Origin: Tetramitus jugosus
Lineage: Eukaryota; Protista; Heterolobosea
Assembly (NCBI GenBank): GCA_937625935.1
Contig: OW569356.1
Span: 496,001-560,000, forward strand
Length of the DNA: 64,000 bases
Direction of reading: 5' to 3'
Shown: one piece after another, positions 45,377 through 56,667 of the stretch
Position numbering within the stretch: position 1 is the first letter of the stretch
Layout of the letters: every line of letters starts with the position of its first letter
The notes under the pieces: model-generated
The model's database searches: none
Told to the model about the DNA's origin: nothing
Seen by the model: only the letters and a program-made list of their open reading frames with translations
Translations under genes and position numbers: made by a program

Positions 45377-47389
45377 ATGCCAAACTCTCACTATCATCAA
45401 CTTGTTCCACCACTTCGATTCCGATGTATCGCACCACAAGTCTACGTCGGAGCCTATCCAACCATTCAAAATTTTTGTTTTCTACATCGATTACAACTCA
45501 AAACCATCATTTCCATGATACCTGAGAAACCAACGACTGATTTGACCGAATTTTGCAACCATGCACATTCATTTTTTGAACAAACCATTGCTCCATCATC
45601 ATCATCCAACAACAACAATAACTCATCATCGCATGATCATCAACAAAACAACAACAACAACTCTTCAACAACTACAACAACAATTCAAATACATCACTAC
45701 AAAGTTTCACAGTACAAGGACTCTGTACAAGGATTATCATTTAGTGATGTGAGTAGAGTCATTGAAACCATGTTGGACAAGAGACAATGTCCACTGTATA
45801 TTCATTGTTTAGATGGTAGGCATGTGAGTAGTCTAGTGGTCATGTGCATTCGAAAATTACAAAATTATGCACACGAGTGTCTCGTCAAGGAATCGAAACG
45901 ATTCGTATCCGAGTGGTCCTCTGAAGATTTGGACTATGTAAAACAGTGGAAAGGACCAGTGAATATGCCATTGAATGATCACTTGGTCAAATGGTGCAAT
46001 CGAATGACAACAAACAACAATGTTCACAAGATTCAAATTGTGAATCATCATCATCATCCTCAATCGTCATCGTCATCATCTGGGTTATCATTGTTATCGT
46101 CATCACCATCATCGTCATCATCATCATCATCTTATGCCACAACATCACTACTCACTCATTCATCATCACCATTGTTATCCTCTGCATTCTCTAGTCAACA
46201 TCATATCAATAACAATAGTAATGGCAATAGCAATAATAATAGTAGCATAGCGACAAATACAAGCAAAGTTCGTACGAACAAGGCAAGTAGTGTGAGAGGT
46301 AGTGGTAGTGTGAGAGATGAATATGATGGTAGTGATGATGACGTTTCATCAATGGTGGTTGTGAACAAGGGTGGCAGTGATCGCATGATGAACAGTAGTA
46401 TTGGTGGTATTGTTGGTATTGATCACAGCAGTAGTAGTAGCAGTGGTAGTGGAAGCAGTGGTAGCAGTAAGACGGGTCACAAGATGACAAGAAGCAAGAA
46501 TATTCGAACACGTGATCTTACTGATGATACAGATGATGAAGATGAAGATGATCATTTGAAATCAAAGCTTTTGTCGAAACGTGGCTCTACAAACAAGAAC
46601 AACTCGAGTGGAATTCGGGGTGCTGGTAGTGGATTGAGTAGGAGTATTACATTGAGCTTGCTGTCTAGACCTCTTGCCACTTCGCCGCTCTTTGGCTCTC
46701 CGACCTTGTCTAAATATCCCATGAACAGACAAAGCAGCATCAAATACAATGATTCGATCATTAGTGGAAGCACTCATGAAAACAATAAGAGTTCGATTGC
46801 TTCTCTGCTTGGATCTCGAGCAAAACTATTGCGCAACGGAAGTGGCAGTGGCGATTCAGACAACAAGACTCACATCAGCGATGACAAGAAGAGCAACAAT
46901 AGTAGCAATCAGAACTCGCCAGAAAGTGGTACACGCAATAGAAGTGACAGTGCCACATCAGTGAACTCTCTGTCTGGTCCAATGTTTCATGAATTTGAAT
47001 CTGCAACACAGAGTTCTTTGGTTAGTGATATGAGCAAGAGCGAATCAACTGATGATATGCAAGCAGGCTCTCAGACTTATCAGATTAACCTTTCCGGGTT
47101 GCCCCTGTTTGATCGAATGAAATTGAAAAAGGATGTATTGTGGTTCTATTCTTCCATGGATCTCTCTGCACTCAATCTGGAATTCGATGAGAATCAATAC
47201 ATGTCTAGGTATGGGCTCAAGCGCCATCGTGATTCTCATGTCACAGTGCGGAGCTTGGAGCTGGGCAATGAGACATTGGACATTCTCGATCGTCTGTACG
47301 ATGATGAATTGGACCTCTTTGATCCAACACAACTCATCACAGATGACAGCAACAGTGACGACCTGACTGAATGCACGCTGCCCCAGTAA
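45377..47389 (+). CDS. OCA6: OCA6/Siw14-family atypical phosphatase-like protein with long low-complexity tail
   Basis: LVPPLRF..IAPQVYVGAYPT..NF.FL.RLQLKTIIS and PLYIHCLDGRHVSSLVVMCIRKLQ are characteristic of OCA6. Confidence 0.8.
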   Translation: MPNSHYHQLVPPLRFRCIAPQVYVGAYPTIQNFCFLHRLQLKTIISMIPEKPTTDLTEFCNHAHSFFEQTIAPSSSSNNNNNSSSHDHQQNNNNNSSTTTTTIQIHHYKVSQYKDSVQGLSFSDVSRVIETMLDKRQCPLYIHCLDGRHVSSLVVMCIRKLQNYAHECLVKESKRFVSEWSSEDLDYVKQWKGPVNMPLNDHLVKWCNRMTTNNNVHKIQIVNHHHHPQSSSSSSGLSLLSSSPSSSSSSSSYATTSLLTHSSSPLLSSAFSSQHHINNNSNGNSNNNSSIATNTSKVRTNKASSVRGSGSVRDEYDGSDDDVSSMVVVNKGGSDRMMNSSIGGIVGIDHSSSSSSGSGSSGSSKTGHKMTRSKNIRTRDLTDDTDDEDEDDHLKSKLLSKRGSTNKNNSSGIRGAGSGLSRSITLSLLSRPLATSPLFGSPTLSKYPMNRQSSIKYNDSIISGSTHENNKSSIASLLGSRAKLLRNGSGSGDSDNKTHISDDKKSNNSSNQNSPESGTRNRSDSATSVNSLSGPMFHEFESATQSSLVSDMSKSESTDDMQAGSQTYQINLSGLPLFDRMKLKKDVLWFYSSMDLSALNLEFDENQYMSRYGLKRHRDSHVTVRSLELGNETLDILDRLYDDELDLFDPTQLITDDSNSDDLTECTLPQ

Positions 47390-47493
47390 TAAATTCCTCA
47401 TTTCGTCCAAAGGAACTTGTTTTTTGAAAAGCAACAATCACAAACCACAACACAACAAACTCAAGAAGAAACCAATCATTATCAGACAGCCCC

Positions 47494-49293
47494 ATGCTTG
47501 ACCCTCAAAATCTCAAAGTATGCATTCAAGTATTGTCCCTAATTGAACAGAACCGGAATATTTTGTCCAATATTCGCTCATCAGGTGGTGTGACTACAAG
47601 CGATGAGTTCTGTGATGGCATGAGCAGCTTCTCAAAGCAAGAGATGATGGATAAAGAGGTCATTAATCGGGAAGAAATAGAAGAGAAGAGACTGCTGAGA
47701 CAGTTAGTATCGATAGGTAAGAAATTGTTCGGTGCAGTGGGTCCAACAGAGAAGAAGGAACAACGAAAAGAACGAAAGAAGCAGGTGCAGCGATTGAAAC
47801 AGGAGCATGACCAAAAGATAAAGAGTCAAGCATTGCTCCAATTAAAGAAGCAAAATGAGAAGAAAGTTATTGCCGAACAGGTGAATAGTCACCCCACAAT
47901 AGCAGTCACTCTCCATAGCCCCGTATGGAGAGAACATCTGATCCGCATGAGTGAAGCGATGATCAAAGATTCGAAGGAGATGGATGATAACGACCCTAAT
48001 ATGATAGAAGTGAAAACCGAGGATAGCCGTGTTGCGATTGGGAGAGAAGAGTCCTCACTTCTTCAACGCTCTGCTCGGTGTCACATTTGCTCCAGCAAGT
48101 ACAAGGAGCTGCACTTTTTCTATCATTCTCTTTGTCCCAAGTGTGCTGCTTTAAACTATGAGAAGCGGGTACAAACTATTGATTTAACAGGGAAGGTCGC
48201 GATTGTTACCGGTGCTAGAATCAAGATTGGTTATGAAACTAGTTTGAAACTGTTGAGAAGTGGATGCACAGTAATCGCCACAACCAGATTCCCAAAAGAT
48301 GCAGCTGTTCGGTATGCCCGAGAACAAGACTATCACTCCTGGAAGACTAACTTAAAGATTTATGGAATAGACTTGAGACATATCCCATCAATCATCTCGT
48401 TTGCCGAATTCTTGAACACTAATTTACCAAGACTTGATATTGTGATCAACAATGCTGCTCAGACCATCCAAAGGCCACCAGTGTTTTACACAAAAACCAT
48501 CAATAATGAATTGAGTTCCAATTGGGACGATTTGTGTGATGATGTAAAACTGACACTTGCGAGTGACTGGGTCCTTAGGGTAAACTCACCTCCTAAAAAC
48601 AATGCACTCTCTTCACCTAGCACTAGTTCTTTAGAGCTATCAAGCTCAGTTGGCTTGTCGGCCAGTAACACAACTTTGCTTCGTGTGTCCAAAGAGGCTT
48701 CACATATAGGACAGTGTAGCATCTTGAGCGGTATTGCTCTCGATGTCGAAAACGAAATTAATGATACCACCGTTTTTCCAGAAGAGATGACAGATACCAA
48801 TGGAGAACAAGTGGATCTTAGACGTCTGAACTCTTGGCATTTGAAACTTGATCATGTTCCCATCGTTGAATACTTGGAAGTTCAAACGATAAATGCAACA
48901 GCCCCCTTTCTGTTATGTAAGCACTTGAGACCGCTCATGGCTCGAACGATAGGCGACAAGTTTATCATCAATGTGTCTAGCATGGAGGGTCAATTCTATA
49001 AGCGATACAAGTCTCCGAATCATGTGCATACAAATATGTCAAAAGCAGCCTTAAATATGATGACGAGGACTTGTGGCTCGGACTATGTGCAAGATTCAAT
49101 CTACATGAATAGTTGTGACACTGGCTGGGTGTCAGATGAAAATCCCAATGGTTGGTCCTCTCGGCTCATCTGTCCTCTGGATGAACTAGATGGCGCCATG
49201 AGAGTCTTGGATCCCATCTTCTCCTCTGTTCGAGATCCCACTACCAAGACTCATAGTCTTTTCTACAAAAATTACACTGTCACAGTGTGGTAA
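47494..49293 (+). CDS. Atypical short-chain dehydrogenase/reductase with N-terminal Zn finger
   Basis: CHIC...HFFYHSLCPKC; TGARIKIG; INNAAQT; INVSSMEG; HTNMSKAALNMMTRT; DTGWV. Confidence 0.85.
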   Translation: MLDPQNLKVCIQVLSLIEQNRNILSNIRSSGGVTTSDEFCDGMSSFSKQEMMDKEVINREEIEEKRLLRQLVSIGKKLFGAVGPTEKKEQRKERKKQVQRLKQEHDQKIKSQALLQLKKQNEKKVIAEQVNSHPTIAVTLHSPVWREHLIRMSEAMIKDSKEMDDNDPNMIEVKTEDSRVAIGREESSLLQRSARCHICSSKYKELHFFYHSLCPKCAALNYEKRVQTIDLTGKVAIVTGARIKIGYETSLKLLRSGCTVIATTRFPKDAAVRYAREQDYHSWKTNLKIYGIDLRHIPSIISFAEFLNTNLPRLDIVINNAAQTIQRPPVFYTKTINNELSSNWDDLCDDVKLTLASDWVLRVNSPPKNNALSSPSTSSLELSSSVGLSASNTTLLRVSKEASHIGQCSILSGIALDVENEINDTTVFPEEMTDTNGEQVDLRRLNSWHLKLDHVPIVEYLEVQTINATAPFLLCKHLRPLMARTIGDKFIINVSSMEGQFYKRYKSPNHVHTNMSKAALNMMTRTCGSDYVQDSIYMNSCDTGWVSDENPNGWSSRLICPLDELDGAMRVLDPIFSSVRDPTTKTHSLFYKNYTVTVW

Positions 49294-49408
49294 TTTTTTT
49301 GATTGTATTTCAATTACTCCACCCAGATTCTCCGAAACTCTTCAGGCAAAATGCTGAAGTTAAACTTTCACATTTGAAGAAGAAAACCACACAACACCGA
49401 TAAAAAAA

Positions 49409-49684
49409 ATGTCAGTAGCACAAGTTGAATGGCAATTGAAGCAATTTGAAGAGCACTACAAGAATGTAAGCAAAGCTGGTGAAGTAAGCTCTCAACTCGA
49501 ACAAAAAGCAAAGAGAAAGGAAAGACAACAAAAGAAGAAGTCTTTGAATGAAATTGTTCGAAAAGAACGCAAAAAGCAAATTGACAACTATAAGCAAAAC
49601 TTGAAGATTGTGAAACAAAAGAAAAAGCCAGCATTGGTTGACAAGCAAAAGCAACTGTTGAGTTTGTTGACACAGAACAAGTAA
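49409..49684 (+). CDS. Small Lys-rich helical protein, function unknown
   Basis: 91-aa ORF with ATG after an A-rich leader, filling the intergenic gap. Confidence 0.6.
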   Translation: MSVAQVEWQLKQFEEHYKNVSKAGEVSSQLEQKAKRKERQQKKKSLNEIVRKERKKQIDNYKQNLKIVKQKKKPALVDKQKQLLSLLTQNK

Positions 49685-50088
49685 TTTTGTCAAAACCAGT
49701 CGTAGTCAGATTGATTGGGTTTGGTTGGTTGTTTTTTACAACAACACAAAGCTTTTTTTGCTCGAGCTTGCGCGATTGAGGGCGTGCGTTCTGTTATTCT
49801 CCATGTGTGAAACGTTTCTTGCGTGCACAAGGTCTCCTCTCTCCTCAATCACACCAATAAAAAAAAAATAATCCGTAAGATTCCGTACATCCTCGTCAAG
49901 CTTTTTGTCCGCATCAACAACCGGAACAGCAAGGTGTTCTCGCGTAATCTTCGTACTTGGTATTTTGAGACATCACATACATTTTTTGTCTGCCCACCAA
50001 TCCAATCCAAATTCAAATCCAAAAACAAACAACAACCCCAAACTCACTCTCCACACACTATTTCAACAGACCTAACAAACAACATTCA

Positions 50089-51655
50089 ATGTTATTCAGC
50101 CGTTGGACCAAATCTTCTTCAAACAATCTCAACAAAACCAACAACAACAACTCATTGGATGACTCTAGTGACAATAGCAATAGCAACAGCAGCAACAATG
50201 GAAACAGCAAAACTGAATTTACATTCATGATTCGAGTGGACCACTTGGAGCAAGTACCTGGTTTCTTCCAACCCAAAGTCTCCATTCTACTACGACTCAA
50301 CAGCACTATTATTGGCAAGACGGGTACGTATAGCACATGAACACACTTTTTTTTTTCGTCGACGAAAAAACATTTTTTCAACTGTGCACTTTGCTAACAT
50401 AACAACAACAATATTTTTAGAATTTAGAGTCGTGTCGACCAATACAGGACAAATCAAGTACAATCAAGCATTTGAGTTCCAGTGCACATTGACTCAACAA
50501 CCAAACAACAAGAGCAAACAAGGTGGAGTGGGCTTTGACTCCAAATTCCTCTTTTTTGATGTGTTGGTCAAGAAGGGTCAAAAAATTTCAACCATTTCAC
50601 GCACCAACAAGCTCAATCTAGCTGATTTTGCCAGTTTGAATCGAACAGTCACTGAAAAAGATTTGATTACAGTCATGGTTCACGAAGGAATGAACGTTCC
50701 ATTGAATGTCAATGTAACATGTACTCCGAGTGTCATTGGACGCAGAGGAAAGAGCTTGGATTTTGGAATGAGAAGTTCTTCTTCATCTTCTCATGCAGGT
50801 GCACACTCAAAGCATAGAAATCATGATGCTAGTAACCGTGGTGAGGATAGTGTGGATGATGTGAGTCAAAATTATGGTAGGAAAAATATGGGTAATGATG
50901 ATGTTGATGATAATGGTAATTATGATGATGATGATAGCTATGGTGAGGATGGATATAATAATTATGATTATAATAGTCGATTTGTGAGTCATGTGAGATC
51001 AAATAGCGGTCATACTAGTAGTGGTAGTAGTGGTGGTGGTGTACCAAAGCGAAGAATATCATCTTCGACCTCTGCAGAGATTTTACCCTTGTCTGATTTT
51101 GAGTCGAGCACACCAGTCAGTGCACCAACGACACTACAAAGAAACAGTATTAGTAGATTGGATCAAAACCAATCTTCTCCATTCCCTTCTTCAACAACAA
51201 CAACAACAGTAGTTTCATCGTCCATCTTCCAACGACAAGCATCTCCCACTACGACGACTCCAGTGTCTGCTCCTACCAGACAATTCTCGTTTGAGAATAT
51301 TGCTCGAAGGAGAACAATGAGTGGAGCAGTGGGAAGTGATGGTAGTCGTGCATCATTGTCGCCTACAACAACATCATCTCCAAACAGTATTCAATCGGGA
51401 AATGGTGCTACTCAAGTGTTCAATGTGTTTGATGCCAGTGCAGATGCGACTCTACAGAAGGAGAATGCAGATTTGCGAAATGAAATACTCGCTTTGAAGA
51501 AGGAGATTGAAAAGTTGAGATTGGAGAATGCCAAATTGAAGGGAATAGCCGCCAATGATCCAGTGACTCATTACGCTCAAGAGGAAGAACAATTGGAGAG
51601 TTCATTCCACCTGCACTGTGCCAACACAATTGACACTGTTGATGAATTCTTTTGA
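50089..51655 (+). CDS. NT-C2 (EEIG1/EHBP1-type C2) domain protein with C-terminal coiled coil; 2 exons
   Basis: Intron 50324-50420 (GTACGT...GCTAAC...TAG). EFTFMIRVDHL...YNQAFEFQCTL...FDSKFLFFDV...LNLADFA; coiled coil LQKENADLRNEILALKKEIEKLRLEN. Confidence 0.8.
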
Positions 51656-51724
51656 CGCTCAAGACGTCACAAAAAGAAGGAATCATTACAACTGTTCTAT
51701 ACTATCAACTGTTTATATAAAACT

Positions 51725-53368
51725 CTACTTTGTCACAAACATTTGTCTAAAGTTGGAGTAGAGAAGAAACAGCACAAAATGTGCGCAACTGTACACTGTA
51801 CACATGAACGTATACAAGTCGGGATATCGTTTTGGAGCAGGTAGTGCTATTGTGATTGCGTGAATCACGAAGCATCCAATTAGAGATACTGTTATCAATG
51901 TACTCAGTGCTTTCAGCTTCCATGAGTATTTGGTTCGTGTCGTGTTGAAAAACATGTTCCGAACATCGAATGGATTGTTCAATGTAAGGACAAAGTATTG
52001 GAGTATGCTCGCCACATATGCAATAGCCAATCCATCTCTGTGAAGAAGTGGATACATGCTAAATGTTGCAACAATAATAAACCAATGATAAACCAATGAG
52101 TACTCTTCATCCAAGTTAGTTCCTGCTTGATTCGCTCTTAACATCATTAGTAAAATAGACGCAGGAACTGTCACAAATAGAATAGTTTTCTCGTGTACAT
52201 GATAACTCCACAGAAAGAATGCAGTGCTTACATTGACCAAGCAAAACAAAAAATTTTGAATCGTAGGTTTTAACATGACGTGAATACAGCTCGGTAACGA
52301 TGTTAATAAAGTCAATAGTGCGCTTAACTTCAAAACAGTGTTCGTATCGAATTTCAAATGTACCTTGTACACGAGGGACAGTGAACACCAAATATTTGCT
52401 ACCTTGTCCTCAAACAGTCCTCTATGTAGTGGGAATATTCGATGCACTACTTGATTAAATTGTTCTCGACTCGTCAAAAATGGGAGCCATATGATAGCAA
52501 AAGAACATATGACTGTCACTCCAATACACATAAACATATATATACCACTCATCCAATGAACCTTTCTTGATCTCCAAATACACTTACCAGTCAAATAAAA
52601 GAAGACTGGAAGTGAATAGTACAATGCCATTTGCTTAAAGTTTAAGCTACAACAGAACAGTGCGCTACCAATGAGATACAGCCTCTTTCTCATTGGTTGT
52701 GATTCATTTTGTTTCGCCTCTTGTATCTCAGCCTTCAAAAAACAAACAATGGCCCACAACGTCAATCCAATCGAAACTGAATTGTACTGGAAATGACCGT
52801 GATCAATCAGAACAATCGATGGTTGCATCAACACGTACAACAATGACCACAAAAATGGCTTAACACTAATACTCTTTGTTCGTTCTCGTTCATCATCGCC
52901 CACCTTTGCAGCGACAGCATCAACTGTTTGAATAGACAATAACAATCGAAACATGACAATAATAGGCGCAATAAACATGAACAAATCCCAGATCAATACT
53001 GTCATTCGCATAAATAATCTAGTAGTCAAAGTTTCCGATCCTCTGCTCTCCATGAGTGCAATCACTGATTTTGGAGCGAATTGAGAGGTGAGCCACGAGT
53101 GATACGCAGTCAATGGAGGATAATCCAATCCCCAATACTCCAAATTGTTCTCCGTACTATTAAAGTACCATTGACCGATGGGTAAATGATGGGTAATCTC
53201 CAACCAGTGCCTCTGAGCTTCGAAATCACCATATTTTGGACCTACTTGATAACCAGAGTGAGAATTGAGAGACATGGCAGCACGGTAGGTGATTGAGAGC
53301 AGCAGTGCCAACAATGTGAACATTGTGACGATGGATGTTTGACGATTGAGAGAAATCTTGTTCAACAT
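51725..53368 (-). CDS. ALG6: Dolichyl-P-Glc:Man9GlcNAc2-PP-Dol alpha-1,3-glucosyltransferase
   Basis: YGDFEAQRHWLEIT, YWGLDYPPLTAYHSW, IDHGHFQYN, RGLFEDKVAN, HVHEK. Confidence 0.96.
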   Translation of the reverse strand: MLNKISLNRQTSIVTMFTLLALLLSITYRAAMSLNSHSGYQVGPKYGDFEAQRHWLEITHHLPIGQWYFNSTENNLEYWGLDYPPLTAYHSWLTSQFAPKSVIALMESRGSETLTTRLFMRMTVLIWDLFMFIAPIIVMFRLLLSIQTVDAVAAKVGDDERERTKSISVKPFLWSLLYVLMQPSIVLIDHGHFQYNSVSIGLTLWAIVCFLKAEIQEAKQNESQPMRKRLYLIGSALFCCSLNFKQMALYYSLPVFFYLTGKCIWRSRKVHWMSGIYMFMCIGVTVICSFAIIWLPFLTSREQFNQVVHRIFPLHRGLFEDKVANIWCSLSLVYKVHLKFDTNTVLKLSALLTLLTSLPSCIHVMLKPTIQNFLFCLVNVSTAFFLWSYHVHEKTILFVTVPASILLMMLRANQAGTNLDEEYSLVYHWFIIVATFSMYPLLHRDGLAIAYVASILQYFVLTLNNPFDVRNMFFNTTRTKYSWKLKALSTLITVSLIGCFVIHAITIALPAPKRYPDLYTFMCTVYSCAHFVLFLLYSNFRQMFVTK

Positions 53369-53457
53369 TGCGTGATCTCAAGTTGCTTTTTTGGAGGGAA
53401 GTTAATTGTCCGCGATGTTGTATTGTGAGGCACTCTTAGTTTGTACCTTGTCACAAT

Positions 53458-54769
53458 TTATTTTGAAAGTTCATTCTTCATAGATTGAGGCAGTTCGTTG
53501 TAGACCTTTGGCGAATAGTCGAACAAATAGTCTGTGGTAATGGCAATATCACCAACACTTAGTAGTTGCTTCTTTTGTTGCATTGTGTTCACTACCCAGA
53601 CGTTCACTTTGTAACCTCTCTTTTGCAAGGAACGAACAAAGTCGATATCAAATGCCATCTTGTTCTCAAATCCCAAGACACCGGCTCCGATGAAGCTTGG
53701 TAACCAATAAACCATACACTTCAACAGAATCCAGTCCCATAATGGCAGAGTGCTCAAAAACAGAGAATAGAGCAGTCTCATTGGAGTGTCCAATGAGCCC
53801 TTGTAGTATCCCTTGTGCAACTCCTCTAGAAACACTGGATAGTCCTTGGATTTGTGCACATTTGGATCATACTTCATCCAATCGCCCAAGAATCCCTCCT
53901 TGAACAACAAATTGGTCACAATCTTGGCATCCATACGTCTGACCATGTATAGAACTACGGGATTGAATGAAGCGACCACAGACTGCTTATACAGGTGTGG
54001 ATACTTTTTAAATGTCTTAATAATGTAGTCTGCCATTTCCTTTGATCTTTCGTACTCTTTGATCTCAATCATGAGAACCTTGGTGGGATCACGTGCAAAC
54101 ATATCATCAATAAACTCGTCCAATGTTGGTATACTGTGTTCAATGTGTGCAGGGAACGCCAATCGACAATCAGGGAACAACTTTTTGATCGTGTTGGCAT
54201 CTTGACCACGAATGTATTCAAACTGAGATTGAATTTGCTTTCTTGTCATGAACGGAATGCCAATTTCAGTGTCATAGCTGCCTTCAACTACAGACGTGGT
54301 CTCTTCTTCCACTTCCTCACCACTACCCGTAATGTGCTTTGTTCTCGTTGTAATGGTTTGTTTCTGCGATTGACAGAGACGAGAAACGCGATTCGTGTCA
54401 TGAAAAACCATGGGAACTCCATCCTTGCTCAACATGATATCAATCTCAATGCCATCTGCCTTGTGATCAATCGCAAATCGCATTGATTGAATCGAGTTCT
54501 CAGGAATGTCCAAATCAGGGTGTTTGCTGCCTCTGTGACCTACAATGCTGTTTGTTTCCGGATGCAAGGTTTGTTAGACATTTGCACATGGTTAATCACA
54601 CACACACAAATTAAAAAAAAAAGATAGAGAGCTGCTCAAACGCAACGTACATGTTGGAGAAGAAGGACGCATCTTTGGATGATGGCAACTTGTAGATGAG
54701 GTGGAATACGAGGAAGGAGAGTATGACCACAAGGAGAGTGATGGCCACAATGAGCAGCAGCAAGAACAT
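53458..54769 (-). CDS. GDE1-like glycerophosphodiester phosphodiesterase with N-terminal membrane anchor; 2 exons
   Basis: Exon 1 TM MFLLLLIVAITLLVV; intron 54650-54548 (GTACGT...CTAAC...CAG); VGHRGS, PENSI, GIEIDI, FHD, IPTLDE, IEIK, VWVVN, TTDY. Confidence 0.9.
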
Positions 54770-55061
54770 GTTGTTCTGTGTTGTTGTGTGTTTGTTGTTT
54801 GTTGCTTGTGCTTTTGGGTGTGTTTTCGCTTCTTTCAAACAAGAGCTCTTTCAGAAAGAACACCCACCCAATTCCGCGAACAGCTTCCAGAACCAAACTC
54901 AGTTGTCGCTTTGATTCGCAGCGAGATTCATTTCTTCTTTGACAGGGGTCGCGGAATTTAATTTTGCCTGCTTTTGTACGATGGGGGTTTTTTATGGGAT
55001 GGGAGAATACAAAATGAGTAGGTAAGTTAATCATCGCAAATTTTATTGTACAAACGAAAGT

Positions 55062-56531
55062 TTAGATGTCAGTGGGGATTCTATACTTGAAGTTGGAAGG
55101 CATGGGTCCAGGAAAGGCTGGTACGTTCTTGCTCGAGATTGCCTTCTTCTTTTGCTTCTTTTCTGCCTTTTTCTTTGCCTTCTTTTGTTTCTTTGTCAGT
55201 AAAACGGCAGGTGCAATGGAAGGGGTTGGTTGAGCAAGGACAGTCTGTGTCTTGGATTTTTCCCATGTGCTCTCTAGAACACTTGGCATTCTGGTTGTGT
55301 AGTCAGTTGGCATCTCTTTTGGAGCTTCTGGAACGTCGACCACATCAATAATGTGTTGCTCAGGTCGAATAATTGGCAAGTTCTCAAATTCTCTCTTCTT
55401 TTCAGTTCTCTCTCTTTCACTGGAGGAATAGCACAACTCATCAGATTTCAATTTCAAATGAGAGAAAACTTTCTTCTCTTGCTCATCTGAGGTTTTTTGA
55501 GCGTAGAGGGTAGCTGTTGGAGCTTTCTCAGATGTGTAGCACAATTGATCAGGGAGTAACTTGTCACTGTGAAGAATTCCGGATTCTGTTGGAATCTTGG
55601 AGTGATAGTCTAATGGCATTGGTCCAGGTGGTGGAGGAACACCTTGTTGGATGAAACCTCTTTCTCTTGTTTCAAAGAATGGTTTCTGGGCAAATGTATC
55701 ACGTTTCTTCAATTCTTTCAATCTTTGGGAGAGCGATGGTCTTTGGTAGCCTGTGAATATTCTCTCAGAGTACGTTGATATCCTTGGTTGATAGTCTGAA
55801 GGCATTGGTCCCGGAGGTATTGGCACTCTATGACTCTTTGGTCGATAGTTCTGTGGCATTGGTCCTGGAGGTGGTGGTACAGCACCTCCGCGTTGAATGA
55901 AACCCTCTCCTCCTCTGACAAATGGTTGCTGTGTCAATTTTTGGAAGATGAATGATTCAGAAGGGGGTGCCAGTGCACGATGGAAACCGAGACCCTCTTG
56001 AGAAGTACCCAGCACACCACCCAGATAGTTGTAGTAGTCTTGATTGATATAGGGTTCTCTGTTCATGAGATCCAAATTCAGTAAGTAGGAATCATCGGAG
56101 GCTTTTGTTGAAGACCAAGAACCTTCTTGATATGTTTGGGTTGAGACGATAGGTTTTTCAGACATAACAGTTTCCACAGTTTTTTGATCCTGAACATTTA
56201 TTAACACAGGATTGGGCTTGTAGACTGTGCGATACACTGGTTGTTCATGGATCTCTCGAATTGGCTGTTCGTGAATTTCTGTGATTCTTGGAATAGTGAC
56301 AATATCTTTCTCATAAACATATCTGCGGATGGATGGAGTAGTTTCATCGATGATCGTTGCACGAGCAATCAACGTTTCTTGCAGTGGAGTCATCTGTTGT
56401 TGAGTCTGATTGCTATATCCCCATTGTTGTTGTTGAGGTGCGATATAACCTTGATCCAGTTTCTGGAATCCAGATAGTGGTTGTTGTTGCCAAGTGGTTA
56501 TATTTGCCGGAACTCTCTGTGTTTCAACCAT
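55062..56531 (-). CDS. Orphan Pro/Gln-rich repeat protein (IHEQP repeats; five VPxxPGPMPxxY repeats)
   Basis: 489-aa single-exon ORF with internal peptide repeats; AATAAA shortly after the stop. Confidence 0.8.
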   Translation of the reverse strand: MVETQRVPANITTWQQQPLSGFQKLDQGYIAPQQQQWGYSNQTQQQMTPLQETLIARATIIDETTPSIRRYVYEKDIVTIPRITEIHEQPIREIHEQPVYRTVYKPNPVLINVQDQKTVETVMSEKPIVSTQTYQEGSWSSTKASDDSYLLNLDLMNREPYINQDYYNYLGGVLGTSQEGLGFHRALAPPSESFIFQKLTQQPFVRGGEGFIQRGGAVPPPPGPMPQNYRPKSHRVPIPPGPMPSDYQPRISTYSERIFTGYQRPSLSQRLKELKKRDTFAQKPFFETRERGFIQQGVPPPPGPMPLDYHSKIPTESGILHSDKLLPDQLCYTSEKAPTATLYAQKTSDEQEKKVFSHLKLKSDELCYSSSERERTEKKREFENLPIIRPEQHIIDVVDVPEAPKEMPTDYTTRMPSVLESTWEKSKTQTVLAQPTPSIAPAVLLTKKQKKAKKKAEKKQKKKAISSKNVPAFPGPMPSNFKYRIPTDI

Positions 56532-56659
56532 ATTGCTTATCTATTTATCACTTGTTGGAGTAAATTGATGAAAGTGAATGTTGTAGTGAAATAATTTGAA
56601 TTTGTTGGTTTTTAACTGACTGTTATAAAAGTATTATTTACTCGATCGAAATGGTTTCT

Positions 56660-56667
56660 TATTTATA
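56660..56667 (-). promoter_or_regulatory. Candidate TATA box of the repeat-protein gene
   Basis: TATAAATA on the minus strand about 130 nt upstream of ATG 56531. Confidence 0.35.
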
